A stretch of 64,000 bases of DNA from Fistulifera solaris (taxonomy: Eukaryota): contig AP026125.1 in NCBI GenBank assembly GCA_030295235.1, positions 1,798,001 to 1,862,000 of the forward strand. The letters run 5' to 3'. This document shows positions 25,220 through 37,336 of this stretch, in pieces (positions within the stretch are counted from its first letter, which is position 1; each line of letters begins with the position of its first letter). A program made the position numbers and the translations under genes. Under the pieces are notes generated by a model, which was not told where the DNA came from, did not search any database, and saw nothing but the letters and a program-made list of their open reading frames with translations.

Positions 25220-26493
25220 ATGGCTGACGCTAACGCCAACAACGCCAACCAAAACCTCGCTGCTCCCGTAGCAGTAGCCTTTGCTCTAAGCCCGGCTTGA
25301 GCACCCACCATGTCATCGACTTCTCTACTCGCGAAGGATCTCGCCTCTCACGAAATGGCGACCAAGCAGATTGGAGATGAACGATTCGACTGCGATCCCG
25401 GTCGCATGTCGCTCCTTCATCGAAGGACTTAGCATCCGTGCTAGCAACTTTGGTTGGGGGCCGATCTTCAACATCCCCGACGATATCGAAGCCATCGAGC
25501 CTGTCCAGAACACCACCAACCTCCTCTCCAACTACGGAGACATTACTTTGGAGCACATTCAAGCTCACGCACGCACATACATCGGTACCCAGACCCGTGC
25601 AGCGCATAAGACTCCTACATGGCAGCCAACTGCCTCATTTCCTCTCTAAGCCCAGCCGCCATCGATCGCATCACGATCTGGCGGGACCAGTACACCTTTG
25701 ATGGTATCCCCAGCGGGCCTTGCCTGTTCAAAGTCATCATCCGTGAGACTTACATTGACACAAATGCAACGGTCACGCACATTCGCACGCAGCTCTCCAG
25801 TTTGGACCAGTACTTACCTAAGATTCAGCACAACATCACCAAGATGAACCAGCAAGTTAAACAGCTATTGGAAGGCTTGGCAGCGCGAGGGAGAAACCAC
25901 AAACGATCTTCTTGCGAATCTCTTTAAGGGTTACAAGGCAGCCTCCGATCGCACCTTTGTCAACTACATCCTGAAGAAAGAAGAAGATTACCACGAAGGT
26001 CTTCCGATGACACCGGATCACCTCATGAACCTAGCAGATAACAAGTACAAGACCTTGGTACAACTTTCTCTGTGGAACGCCTTCGCCGGAAGAAGAAAAG
26101 ATTCTCGCATTGGAGGCAAAACTCCAAAAGTTGGAAAGCAAAAGAAGACCGAAAACAAGCCAAAGCATCAAGCCAAAAGCAAACCCCAGCGCAACAGAAA
26201 CACTCCCAAGCCAGACTGGATGTCGGTGCCTCCAAAGGACGAACCCAAGCAGAAAACAGTTGAGGGAAGCGAGTACTTCTGGTGCGAAAAGCATAACTCA
26301 TGGGGCAAACACAAGACGGTTGATTGTCGCCAAGCCAACATCCGCAGACCGGGAGTCTCCAAACCCGAAGGCGAAGAAAGAGCAACTCGTCAAAGCGCTA
26401 GCTGCACTCCTCAATGACAGCGACAGCGATGAGGACGACAACGTAGATGAGTATTCGGACGCAAGTGACAACGAAGCAAGCGACAGTGAATGA
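25220..26493 (+). CDS. gag: Copia gag (frameshifted in this sequence)
   Basis: ATG at 25220; PSGPCLFKVII, NLFKGY, LMNLADNKYK, knuckle WCEKHNSWGKHKTVDC, acidic tail ending in TGA at 26491-26493. Confidence 0.8.
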
Positions 26494-29400
26494 CTTACCA
26501 AGTCTATCTGGCGGTACCTCAGCTTCAGCTGGGACTGGCTTCTTGCCTGCACCGCAACCCTGATCTACTGCTTGTTCTTTGACCACGTTAATGAGATTGC
26601 GACTCGCTACATTCCTAAACGACTTCGAAAGGAAACCATTAGTAAGCAATTGAAAACACTTGGTCAACGGGTCTGCAGTCCAATTCAGACTTACCTGGTC
26701 CGCATTCACACAGTATGGATACGAAATTCCACGGCCCGAACGGTCCTTCACAAGAGGCTAAAAGCAGCAAGGCAGGCACTCTACTTTTCTCATACACCAC
26801 TCATTCGATTCCGCAATCCAATAGCCAGATGGTGGAGACAATGGAAACTGCGTCAAAGGAGATATGTGTTAATGATGACAGCGATGTGTTACAGTGCAAA
26901 CGCGGTCCCACAAGTACTTACCAAGACTTTTGATACCGATTCAGTTCCAATTGGTGTCGACAATAGATGCTCAGCGTGCATCTCCCATGTCGCGACGGAC
27001 TTTGTTGGAAAACTACAGGAGACCAACTTGATTATCAAAGGCTTTGGCGGTAACCGCACCAGCAATGTGATGAAAGGCACTCTGAAATGGTCATGGGAAA
27101 ATGATGAGGGCAAGATGACATCATTCACGATTCCAAACTCATACTACGTACCAGACGGCAAAGTTCGACTTCTATCACCGCAACATTGGGCAAAATACAC
27201 CGGAAACAAACTCTCTGGATGTGATACCACAAGCAAACATGCGATTCTGTATTGGGGCAGCAACAAGAAAACAATTCCGATTGATCCACGTTCAAACGTT
27301 GCAACGTTTACTCCGCCCCCTGGCTGCCGCGAATTTCGAAACCTTCTGCTTCAAGCATCGATTCCTGACGATGAAGACGACAATCCGCTTTGTTTCGATG
27401 CAAACACAGTCGACACAACACCTTCAGAGGGAGCGAGCGCAGATTCAGAGGGAGCTGAACCATTTCGCAGCCGCACAGTTGACTTCGAGTTCGACGGCAA
27501 TCAACAACAACACAAACTGGTCATACAGGAAAGTGACACAACAACAAGTCAAACTGTTCCAGCAGCCGAATTGCTCACTTACCATCGTCTTTATGGTCAT
27601 GCGCCGATGGAGAAGCTTCAGGAATTGGCAAAGCAAGGAGTTATTCCAGCCGACTTGCAACGTGTCCGACACCGGTGTGCACCGCCTGTTTTTACGGAAA
27701 AGCAACAAAGCGTCAGTGGCGAACGAAACCAGCTAAACAAAGCAAAACCCTTCACAAGCCTACTCACCCCGGCGAAGTTGTTGCTGTGGATCAAATGGTA
27801 TCACCCACGCCCTGGCCTCATTGCGCAGCTCACAGGAATCTTGACGACAAAACGCTATTTGTACCACCGTCTTCGCCGACCTTTATTCCAGCTTGAGTTA
27901 TGTTCACCTGCAAAAGACACAAAGTGCGAGTGAGACCTTGGAAGCAAAACACGCTTTTGAACAATACGCTCGAAATTGTGGAGTCGACAAGATCAAACAC
28001 TATCATGCCGACAATGGAATTTTCAATTCGAACACTTGGGTCAACGATTGCGTAACAAACGGTCAGGGACTTTCCTTTGCAGGAGTTGGAGCACATCATC
28101 AAAATGGCAAAGCTGAACGCCGCATAGGACAATTGCAAGAACTCACTCGAGCGATGCTGATCGATGCACAACACAAGTGGCCGCAAGCCATCACAACTCA
28201 CCTGTGGCCTTATGCTTTGCGCATGGCAAACGATTCCATCAACCACATGCCAAACATGAAGCACCCTGAGCGCCGTACTCCTTATCAACTCTTCGCCAAC
28301 ACGGATATTCATTCGAATCCAATTCATTGGAAACCATTCGGTTGCCCAGTATTTGTTCTTGACGCCGCGCTTCAAGGAGGAAAAAGTCGGATATTTCACA
28401 AATGGCGTCTGCGCTCACATCTCGGAATTTATTTGGGACGTTCTCCAGTACACAGCCGTTCTGTCGCCCTGGTACTGAACCCAGACACAGGACTCGTCAG
28501 TCCCCAGTTTCACGTCAAATTTGATTCGAAATTCCAAACTGTTCCGGACCTTGCGAAAACATGTTTGTGGCAACTCAAAGCCGGTTTTATTGCCGCTCCA
28601 AGCGCAAATCCTCAACAATCCACGCCTACATTGTCGGATACACCTACTACTACACCCGCCGACCTCTCTCCGTTACCGATGCCGCTGCCGACCGCGCACC
28701 ACCTGATGACAATGTTCCGTCCACCGATCGTCAACCTGAACCACTTTCCTCTCCATCGCCACCACAATCTCAGAGGGAGAGACGCAGCACTCGCCAACGA
28801 CGTCCCGTTACTCGATTAATAGAGATCATGATCGCAATGTTCGCTAGTGAACTCAGTCAATCATCGGCCGACATCAAAGGGGAACTTTTGCTTACGAATC
28901 TCTTCAAACCGCCTCAGCAAAACTCAATCCACCGGATCCATTCTATGTTTTCAAAACGAGCGCCGACCCCGATTCAATGTATTTGCATCAAGCTCGCAAA
29001 CAACCCGATTGGCCGGAGTTTTCCAAAGGCATGGACGTAAATCGAGGATCAAATGGCAAATGGAAATTTCTCATTGTTTCCAAGGAGTCAAGTTCCAGAG
29101 GGAGCAACGATTCTACCAACAGTATGGCAACTTCGTCGCAAACGAGACATTATGACACGCGAAGTCAAGAAGTGGAAAGCGACTGACTATTGATGGGTCA
29201 CGGATGAAATATGGTCGCGACTATGAATTGACCTACTCTCCGGTTGCTAATTGGACTTCAATCCGCTTGTTACTAGCAATGGTGATCATACATGGTTGGC
29301 ATACGAAGCAACTCGATTATGTTCAGGCATTTCCTCAGGCCAGCGACAAAGAAATTTATCTGTCCATTCCGAAAGGATATACAATACACGGAGCATCCCC

Positions 29401-30569
29401 GGACGATTATGTTCTGAAAGTCCACAAGAATGTTTATGGAGCAAAGGATGCAAGTCGAACATGGTTCCTTTATTTGCGAAAGAAACTATTTGAGATCGGT
29501 TTCAAGCAATCGGAATACGACGAATGTGTGTTTTACTACAAGAGCACGATGTATGTTCTATATACCGGCGACAGTATTCTTGGAGGTCCTAATGAAAAGG
29601 AAATTGAGGAAATTATTGAAAAGATGAAACAGATCAAACTAGACATTACAGTTGAGGGAGATTTATCGGATTTTCTGGGAGTTAATATCAACAGGATCGG
29701 TGAATCAACAATTGAATTGAAACAGCCACAACTCATCGACTCGATAATCAAAGACATGAAATTCGACCAGAAGGAAGTTAAAACAAAGGATATTCCAATG
29801 GCATCATCGAAGCTACTTTCGCAGCATCCCAAATCGCCGCCATTTGACAAAAGTTTTCATTACACTTCAGTCATCGGAAAAATGAACTACCTGACGCGAG
29901 GATCCAGGCCAGACATCGCCTATGCGGTACATCAATGCGCACGCTTTGCATCAAACCCAAGGAAAGAACATGGAGATGCAATGAGATGGCTTACAAAGTA
30001 TCTGATAGGGACAAGGGACAAAGGAATGATTCTGCACCCAGACGTCTCTAGAAGCTTGGAAGTTCATGTCGACGCCCGATTTCGCAGGCAATTGGGATCC
30101 AGAGATCGCTTTTGAGGACCTAAACACAGCTCGCTCCAGACACGGATTTTTCATCACCTATGCCGGAGTATTGTTGCATCACAAGAGTCAACTTCAGACA
30201 GAGATTGCATTGAGTTCCACCGAGAGCGAATTCACCGGATTGAGCTACGCACTCAGAGATGCAATTCCTATCATGAACACTTTGAAGGAGATGCAATCAC
30301 TCGGATTTGATGTGAAAGAGTGGAGGCCAAAAGTCCATTGCAAAGTATTTGAGGACAACTCGGGAGCTCTGGAAATCGCAAAAGTTCCGAAGGCTCGACC
30401 AAGGACGAAGCATTTGAATGTCAAACTGCACCATTTTCGGTCATACGTTGACAGCGGAGATATAACAATCCACAAAATCGATACTCTCGAACAAGTTGCG
30501 GATATTCTAACGAAACCACTCACATTTGATCTCTTTGCCAAACATCGGAAGGCAATTCTCGGATGGTGA
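26494..30569 (+). CDS. pol: Copia pol: protease, integrase, reverse transcriptase, RNase H (multiple frameshifts)
   Basis: PR IGVDNRCSAC; IN HRLYGH..CTAC, VAVDQ, YHADNG, NGKAERRI; RT QLDYVQAF, YTGDS; RH STESE, EDNSGA, ADILTKPL. Confidence 0.92.
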
Positions 30570-30580
30570 GATCGCAGTTC

Positions 30581-30589
30581 GAGAGGGAG
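30581..30589 (+). promoter_or_regulatory. Polypurine tract
   Basis: gagagggag immediately 5' of the 3' LTR. Confidence 0.85.
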
Positions 30590-30957
30590 TGTTGAATAAC
30601 CAGTCACGCACGTGTCTACAATAAACGGAAAGACATGTGCACTACATATTACATGATACTGAAAACGAGAAGCGAACAGCAATCTACCTAATCCCGAATC
30701 CTCGTTATTCAAAGAACTAACAGCTGCCGAAGGAACCTAAACTATTACTGACAAAGAACAATGCCAGCAGCTTCTGCATATTCTACATGAATCAAATGAG
30801 AACAATGAAGAGACAAACAAGAATTCAAATCAATAGGATAACTTCATTTACTAGCTCATAATTTTAACAAGCAATCCGTTTGCAGCAATCCGTTTGCACC
30901 AAGTTAATTTTGTCAAGCCCAATCCATAGACGGCTCCGGCACCTGTGGATTTCAAGA
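30590..30957 (+). repeat. 3' LTR (368 bp)
   Basis: Same sequence as 24788-25155. Confidence 0.95.
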
Positions 30958-31130
30958 AGCAGTATTTTCACTTGTCCAGAAAATGTGGGCAAGGTGGTAT
31001 TTTCACGTCTCCAGAAAATGTGGGCTTGTGAAATTTTCACGTGTCCAGAAAATGTGGGAGTGCAGTATTTTCACTTGTCCAGAAAATGTGGGAGCGTGGT
31101 TTTTCACTTGTTCAGAAAGTTTAGGAGCGC
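30958..31130. repeat. Right part of ~30-bp minisatellite (5-6 units)
   Basis: Repeated gtattttcac(t/g)tgtccagaaaatgtggg. Confidence 0.9.
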
Positions 31131-31310
31131 ATCTATTTCTTTAGACGAGGACATGATTATACCCCAAACGGCAAACGCCAAACGTATGAGCAAAAGTCCT
31201 TTTCTTTTTAAGTTGTCGTTTTCTGTCTGCTACTTTAGCATTTGGGAGCTAATAAGCGTGGGCCTTAGAATAATTGTGTTGTCGAACCTACACGTCAATG
31301 CGTTACTGCC

Positions 31311-32913
31311 ATGAAGATTTCCACCCCGGAAGATGACCATCATGAAGATAAGTGCAAACTCAGGAAGGAACAGAATGATGCGAAAGACCTTCTCGAAAGA
31401 GCTCATGATATTCTCAAAGAAGCCGACGAATCTTACATTGCGAATAACACCGGACCTCGTCGGCGATACCCAACTTTTGATTTATGCGAGATTGAAATAG
31501 GCCCTTTACTGGGGGTCGGAGGCTTCTGCCAAGTTTTTGAAATCAAGGAATTCCGACTTAATGAGCTAGAGCAAATACAAGAAGAAGGTGACGAGACAAA
31601 TGAAAGCAGTACATTAAACACAAAAGACGAGAGCAGCGCTCCATCAAAAGGCGCAACGAAACGCGGTGACAAACGGGTCGATTCTTCCCTAATGAACGAC
31701 GATGATACGCATTACGATATAAGAAGTGCACGCACCACCATGGCGCGACTTGTTCGTAGAAATGGAAGTGCTCGCTATGCCATCAAAAGGCTTCATGAGG
31801 ACTTGAACGAAATCGAACGGGCGCGCGGAATAGTCGATCTAGCTCTCGAGGCCAAATATCTCTCGGTTTTGTGGCATCCTAATATCAGTAAGTATCGTTT
31901 GCTGCGAATGCGCGGTTCCTCTGATGGTCGCCTCACTATTCCGTGTCAAGTAAAAATGAGAGCAATCGCTTCGGGGTCCTCTCTTGACCCCAAATTCTGC
32001 ATCATCATGGATCGCCTCTACGATATATTGGACCATAGGTTTGAAAAATGGGTAGTAACAAAACAAAGGAATAAAGGAGGCTTATTCGGAAGGGGTGCAA
32101 ATCGCGAGCGCTTACACGAATTACTGGTCGAACGCTTAACCGTTGCGTATGATCTGGCTTCGGCGCTCTGTTACATGCACGAGCACCATCTTGTGTACCG
32201 AGACCTGAAAAAGGTACGTTTGTTTTGTGGTCGGTCGAAAGCGGAGAGGAAATAGCTCTTACCTATCTTGCTCCTCATGCTCTGGTCTCTGGACCATTTC
32301 CTTCGATTGTGTCTCTTTCTGGCCATCCCTGGTGATGATCGATCGCGGAAACCCGAACTAAAAGGAAAATCTTGGCTTCGATATAAGGAATGATTTGAAA
32401 GTTTTTGATTTCGGGTTGTGCAAGACGTTGACACCTTCTTTGAAGGCACGCGACGAGAAAGGCAAGGAGGTGTACGGTTTCAACCTTACTCCCCGAACTG
32501 GCTCTATACCATTCATGGCACCCGAAGTGGCGGAATGCAATCCATACGATACACAATGTGATGTCTTTTCCTTTGCCGTCTTGCTGTGGGAAATCATGTC
32601 GTTGAAACCTGTGTTTGATAACTATTCCCGTCGCGAGTTTTATTTGCGTGTCGTGAAACATCAAGAGAGACCCGTGGTTCCACCACGAAGCTGTCCGCCA
32701 CTCGTTCGAGTGGCTGTGAAAGAAGGGTGGGATCACGATCCACAAAAGCGGCCCAACATGAAGCGAATGGCTGCATTGATCCGGGGAGATCTGAACGATT
32801 TGACGAATGATCCGACGATACGAGATCGAACAACACACATGAAAAATCGATCCAGCCACAGTCAAAGGAATATCATGCGTAGTTTGACAACAAAAAGCTC
32901 TCATGGTCTCTGA
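31311..32913 (+). CDS. Ser/Thr protein kinase (TKL-like), paralogue 1
   Basis: LGVGGFCQV, YAIK, HPNI, YRDLK, VFDFG, GSIPFMAPE, DVFSF; introns ~31888-31950 and 32213-32364. Confidence 0.92.
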
Positions 32914-33010
32914 TCGCTTGTACAGAAAAGACCCTCCCTTTCGACTTCAAGGGCAGCTCTCCCCTTAGACACGCAAACAAGCACGATGACAGCACCATTG
33001 ATTCTTATAA

Positions 33011-33591
33011 TTATAACTCGTTTTTGGCTGCTGTAGTGTCGTTCTCTGATAGTAGATCGAGAGTATGCTGATTACTAGTCATTTCACGACATGTCGCCCC
33101 ACTGGTACGGGACGGCATGTTCAGATCGATACCCGCTTCATCGTGCAGCACCCTAATTGTTTCAGCGTGACGTCGCTCCCTCCCCCAACAAGCTCTGTGT
33201 AATGGCGCATAGCCGTCTGTATGAAAGTCATCTTTCACATTAATACCTGCTTGAATCAAAAGACTCATAATTTCGGGTCGTCCCTGAAAAGCCGCTCCAT
33301 GTGCCGGCGTGTATCCATCCTTTTCGGGGATCGATACATCCACCACATCTTTCCGCGACAGCAAATACTCCACTACATCTTTTTGTCCCCGCAAGACAGC
33401 CGCCATTAAGGGTGTTTGCAGACTGCCGGGAGCCTGGTAATTGACGTTGGCGCCCTCGTCCATGTACTTGGCGACACTTTCGACATCGTTTTGAATGGCG
33501 GACATGAACAGCTTGTCTTCGAGAGACTGGCTCAGCGCGGATTGCTGTTTGAAACAAAAAGCAGACCCAAGGCGAGTCGTTTGAGTTTCAT
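33011..33591 (-). CDS. Ankyrin-repeat protein with probable signal peptide and C-terminal KNEL
   Basis: TPLMAAV, GYTPAHGAA, GYAPLHRAC; ATG at 33591 gives MKLKRLALGLLFV.. in another frame, so one indel is needed. Confidence 0.8.
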
Positions 33592-33920
33592 GGCTGTAAA
33601 GTCTCACTTAATATTCCGTATCAACGAAATAATCGCCATAGTCATTGGTCAATGTGTCATTCTTCTTTTTCTTACGTAGTATTTGCATGCTTTCTCCGCC
33701 TTTACACGGAAACTAAAAACATGTCGTAACGTAACCTACGTGATAGTATCCGGTACCGTTTCGTGATTCTGCGCATCCGCACCGTGCACCTATGTTTTAT
33801 TGCCAGCAGCTGCAAAACAAACCTCGTCGACATCGACACCTCTCTCATTCTTTGGCAACATATATTGAAGTAACACAAACACTTTTGTTACTCCGTTATA
33901 TCTTTCTGATACGTCACACC

Positions 33921-35524
33921 ATGAGTGGCGATGATGATTTAGCGAAGCGCCTATTGCAGAAAGCGGATAGAATACTCAAAGAAGTAGATGAGGCGTACAT
34001 CATCAAACAACGAGGGCATCATCAAGAGCCATGCCGACGTTTCGACCCGAAGAACTTTCTTTGGGGAAAACGCTCGGCACGGGGGCTTTGGGATTGTCAG
34101 CGAAATATCCAAATTTACTTTAGATGAAGATGAACCTTCCGAAGAGCTTCCTGTCGATACAGCAGGCGAGGAGCATCCAATCACTTTGGAAAATCCACAA
34201 CAACCCAACAACAACATACAAAGAACGGTCAGTTTGGAGGACGGAATACCAGGAACTTTCGTGGAAGTTGTCGACCGACCAGAAGAATTAACGATGAATG
34301 ATCATGTTCATTACGACGTGAAAAAGGCTAGAGAGTTCATGGCGAATCGGTGTGTGCGAAATGGTAAAGCACGGTATGCGATTAAGCGCCTTCATAAGGC
34401 TCTCACGCCCGTCGAAAAGGCCCGGGGATGATTGATCTGGCAATTGAAGCCAAATATTTATCTACAGTGTGGCATCCGAATATCAGTAAGTGCTACGGAT
34501 TGTGTCGTGCTGGATTTGTTGTTGGACACAAAAGTGCTCAACTCGTCTCGTTGACTAGTCAAGCTACGAGGCGTCGCCAAGGGCAACATGGTGGACCCGG
34601 ATTTCTTCATCATCATTGATCGACTCTACATGACACTAGATGTTCAAATAAAGGAGTGGGCTGCGAATTTTAAAAGCAAGAAGGGATCGTTGTTTGGGAT
34701 CGGAAAAGATAAGGATGGACTGAAGGGTTTGCTGATCGACCGATTAACGGTGGCCTACGATCTCGCTGCTGCTTTCTTTTATCTTCACGAGAACCGGTAA
34801 GCATAAAACGCGTGATGCGTGTTACTTTGACATGAGAAAAGGTTTCAATGGACTGACCTCGCGCTTTTACATTGACGCTTTCAGAGTGGTGTACAGGGAC
34901 ATTAAGCGTAAGTTATTGTCTCGACAGTTCTTGCTCCATCATAGTTGTTCATCTTACCTGGGATGATTTCCGGATCATAAAGCCGAGAATATCGGTTTTG
35001 ATGCAAGAGGAGACTGTAAGCTTTTCGATTTTGGATTGTGCAAGTCATTATCACCGAATTTGAAGGCAGCGAATGGAGGGTATGGTTATAAGTTGACGGG
35101 AAGAGCAGGGAGCCTGCCGTATATGGCACCGGAAGTGGTGCGCATGGAGACGTACGACACCAAATGTGATGTATTTTCGTTTGCTATTCTCTTTTGGGAA
35201 ATCATGAGTTTAAAGGAATCGTTTCAATGGATGAATCCAACTAGTTTTGTGGAGCATGTGGTTGTGGAGAAAACACGGCCAAAGATTGCGAAAAGCTGGC
35301 CACCACTGACGAGGTTATTACTTCCTGAGGCATGGGACGACGATCCGCGCAAACGTCCCGATATGAAACGCGTGGCAGTAATGATTCGCGCTGACTTGAA
35401 TGATGTTTCAAGTAGCGAGGATGTCTTGCATCGAACGGATCACATGTTAAATCGATCACGTCATTCCGCGCGTGAAATGTTTGAAAGTTCTGACGTTGGC
35501 GGCACTAGTTATCGTCGTAAATGA
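33921..35524 (+). CDS. Ser/Thr protein kinase (TKL-like), paralogue 2
   Basis: GHGGFGIV, YAIK, HPNI, VVYRDIK micro-exon 34885-34907, LFDFG, GSLPYMAPE; introns ~34486-34563, 34797-34884 and 34908-34982; frameshifts near 34065-34085. Confidence 0.9.
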
Positions 35525-35571
35525 TTTGGTGTTGGCTGTTAAAATGTTTTACTACGCCTATAGTTGTCCTT

Positions 35572-35925
35572 TTAGTTATTAATACTCCATGTATGTTGAC
35601 AATTCGGACATTCGTAAAACACAGTCTGACCTTCATCAACACTTCTCAGTTGAACTGTGTAATACCCGACTTCAGGATGAGCGCATTTTATACATGGCTC
35701 TTCGATGGTTGCTCGAACCGGTTCCTTCGATCGTTTCAGTGCTTGTTGTTCTTCGTCGCTCTTGGCCCAAATCGGTTCTGGTCGAGGAGCGGAGTAGGTT
35801 GTCGTCGTCGGCAGCTCATCCATCTCCGAAAGATTGGATTTATAAGAGCAGACATCACACTGGATCAAGCCCGAGCTATCGACGCGTAAAGTAGCGTGGC
35901 ATCCCGGACAGAATGGCCAAGGCAT
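35572..35925 (-). CDS. RPA12: RNA polymerase I subunit RPA12 (TFIIS-like zinc ribbon)
   Basis: FCPGC..CDVC and CIKC..QLRSVDEGQTVFYECPNC. Confidence 0.92.
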   Translation of the reverse strand: MPWPFCPGCHATLRVDSSGLIQCDVCSYKSNLSEMDELPTTTTYSAPRPEPIWAKSDEEQQALKRSKEPVRATIEEPCIKCAHPEVGYYTVQLRSVDEGQTVFYECPNCQHTWSINN

Positions 35926-36476
35926 ATTGTTGTGCTAGTCAAGATGCTACGCAAAAGACACCACAATGCGATTGTTGACAGAATTTGAAAAATAATGGAA
36001 TGTGTCGGAAAAATCGGGGAGGCGGAATGATGGAGGGAAGAAATTGGTTGACGCGGTTGGCGTGCAGTACACCTCACCGATGACGGAAAGACGGCCGCGA
36101 ATGAATAAAGCAAAGCGAGTCCGCGTCTGACTGTATTGGTATTTGTATAGTACAGTGTACAGTCACCCTTCCGAATCCCGAATCATTATCATTACTTAGG
36201 CGATTAAACGTGGCGATTTTCCGTTGCATTTATTCGGTACCTGAGATAACCTTCAAAGTGTAGTCTCTCGTGGAAATCCTTTCCGTTGCTAGTTTTTACC
36301 TCCCGCTGCGCGCAGCAATGCGTTTCATTCGCAAGACAAAATAATGAAGCGGAATTATTACGTAGCAGCAAAAGTGCAATCGAATGAATCAATATTTGAA
36401 TGCAGTTAGTCCTTTCTGAGCATTCATAAGTGGACCTTTCTGTATCGTCTTTGCATATCTTGATTATTGATTGAAA

Positions 36477-37151
36477 ATGGCAAATCGCACAACTACCGGA
36501 GCCGGCAAACCGCCCTTGTACAAGATTGTCATGTTGGGTGATTCTGGAGTCGGCAAAACGTCCCTTGTCGCGCGGCTCACAAACCCAGATAGGCCTCTCA
36601 ATCACGATATCTCCGCCACAATGGGTATTGAATTCGATACGCAGATGTTGGATACACCACACGGCAAGGTCAAAGCACAAATTTGGGACACGGCCGGACA
36701 AGAACGCTTTGCGAGAGTTTTACTGCCAACGTATTTTCGAAAAGCCAAAGGCGTCATACTTGTGTACGACATAACAAACGCCAAGTCGTTTGAGAGTTTG
36801 TCAGAGCGCTGGATGGTACAGTTGAACGATCACGCTTCGTCGGACGATCTGGCCAAGTTGTTGGTCGGAAACAAGAGCGATCTCGAAGGCAGTCGAGAGG
36901 TTTCGCGAGAAAAGGCGCAACAATTCTGTAAGGAATACGGCATGGAAATGCTCGAAACGTCGGCAAAATCAGGCGAAAATGTTCTGAAATCATTTGAGCA
37001 ATTGATTGGAATTGTACATGACCGGGCATTGGCGGCCACCAAGAACAAATCGGGTATTCAGGGTATGAATAAAGCAGTTCCACATCAAACCGTCAATCTG
37101 GAAGACAAGAACAAAGACGCAAATGCAGCGGAGAATGCTTGTGGATGTTAA
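36477..37151 (+). CDS. Rab-family small GTPase
   Basis: GDSGVGKT, WDTAGQERF, GNKSD, ETSAK, C-terminal CGC prenylation motif. Confidence 0.95.
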   Translation: MANRTTTGAGKPPLYKIVMLGDSGVGKTSLVARLTNPDRPLNHDISATMGIEFDTQMLDTPHGKVKAQIWDTAGQERFARVLLPTYFRKAKGVILVYDITNAKSFESLSERWMVQLNDHASSDDLAKLLVGNKSDLEGSREVSREKAQQFCKEYGMEMLETSAKSGENVLKSFEQLIGIVHDRALAATKNKSGIQGMNKAVPHQTVNLEDKNKDANAAENACGC

Positions 37152-37336
37152 ATTTCAGTGAATTTTCCCATGGAGGATTATTAGGTTATCAATTGATATA
37201 TAAGAAATGCTTTATGTACCATAAATACTGGACCACGTAGCATCTCTCCCCACGATTCATTCATCCCTTTGCAACGCTGACAGCATACGGTGCTTTGTTC
37301 TCTACATTCTATATAGTTGAACTGCTCTTTGCACTC

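Larger units (their letters stand above)
24788..30957 (+). mobile_element. Full-length Ty1/copia LTR retrotransposon (diatom CoDi-like)
   Basis: 368-bp direct repeats 24788-25155 and 30590-30957; agcagt duplicated at 24782-24787 and 30958-30963; PPT at 30581-30589; domain order gag-PR-IN-RT-RH. Confidence 0.97.

Noticed and set aside
30880..31314. 144-aa ORF, and the similar ORFs at 39289-39579 and 38761-39249
   Set aside because: Translations of LTR and tandem-repeat DNA with no coding signal
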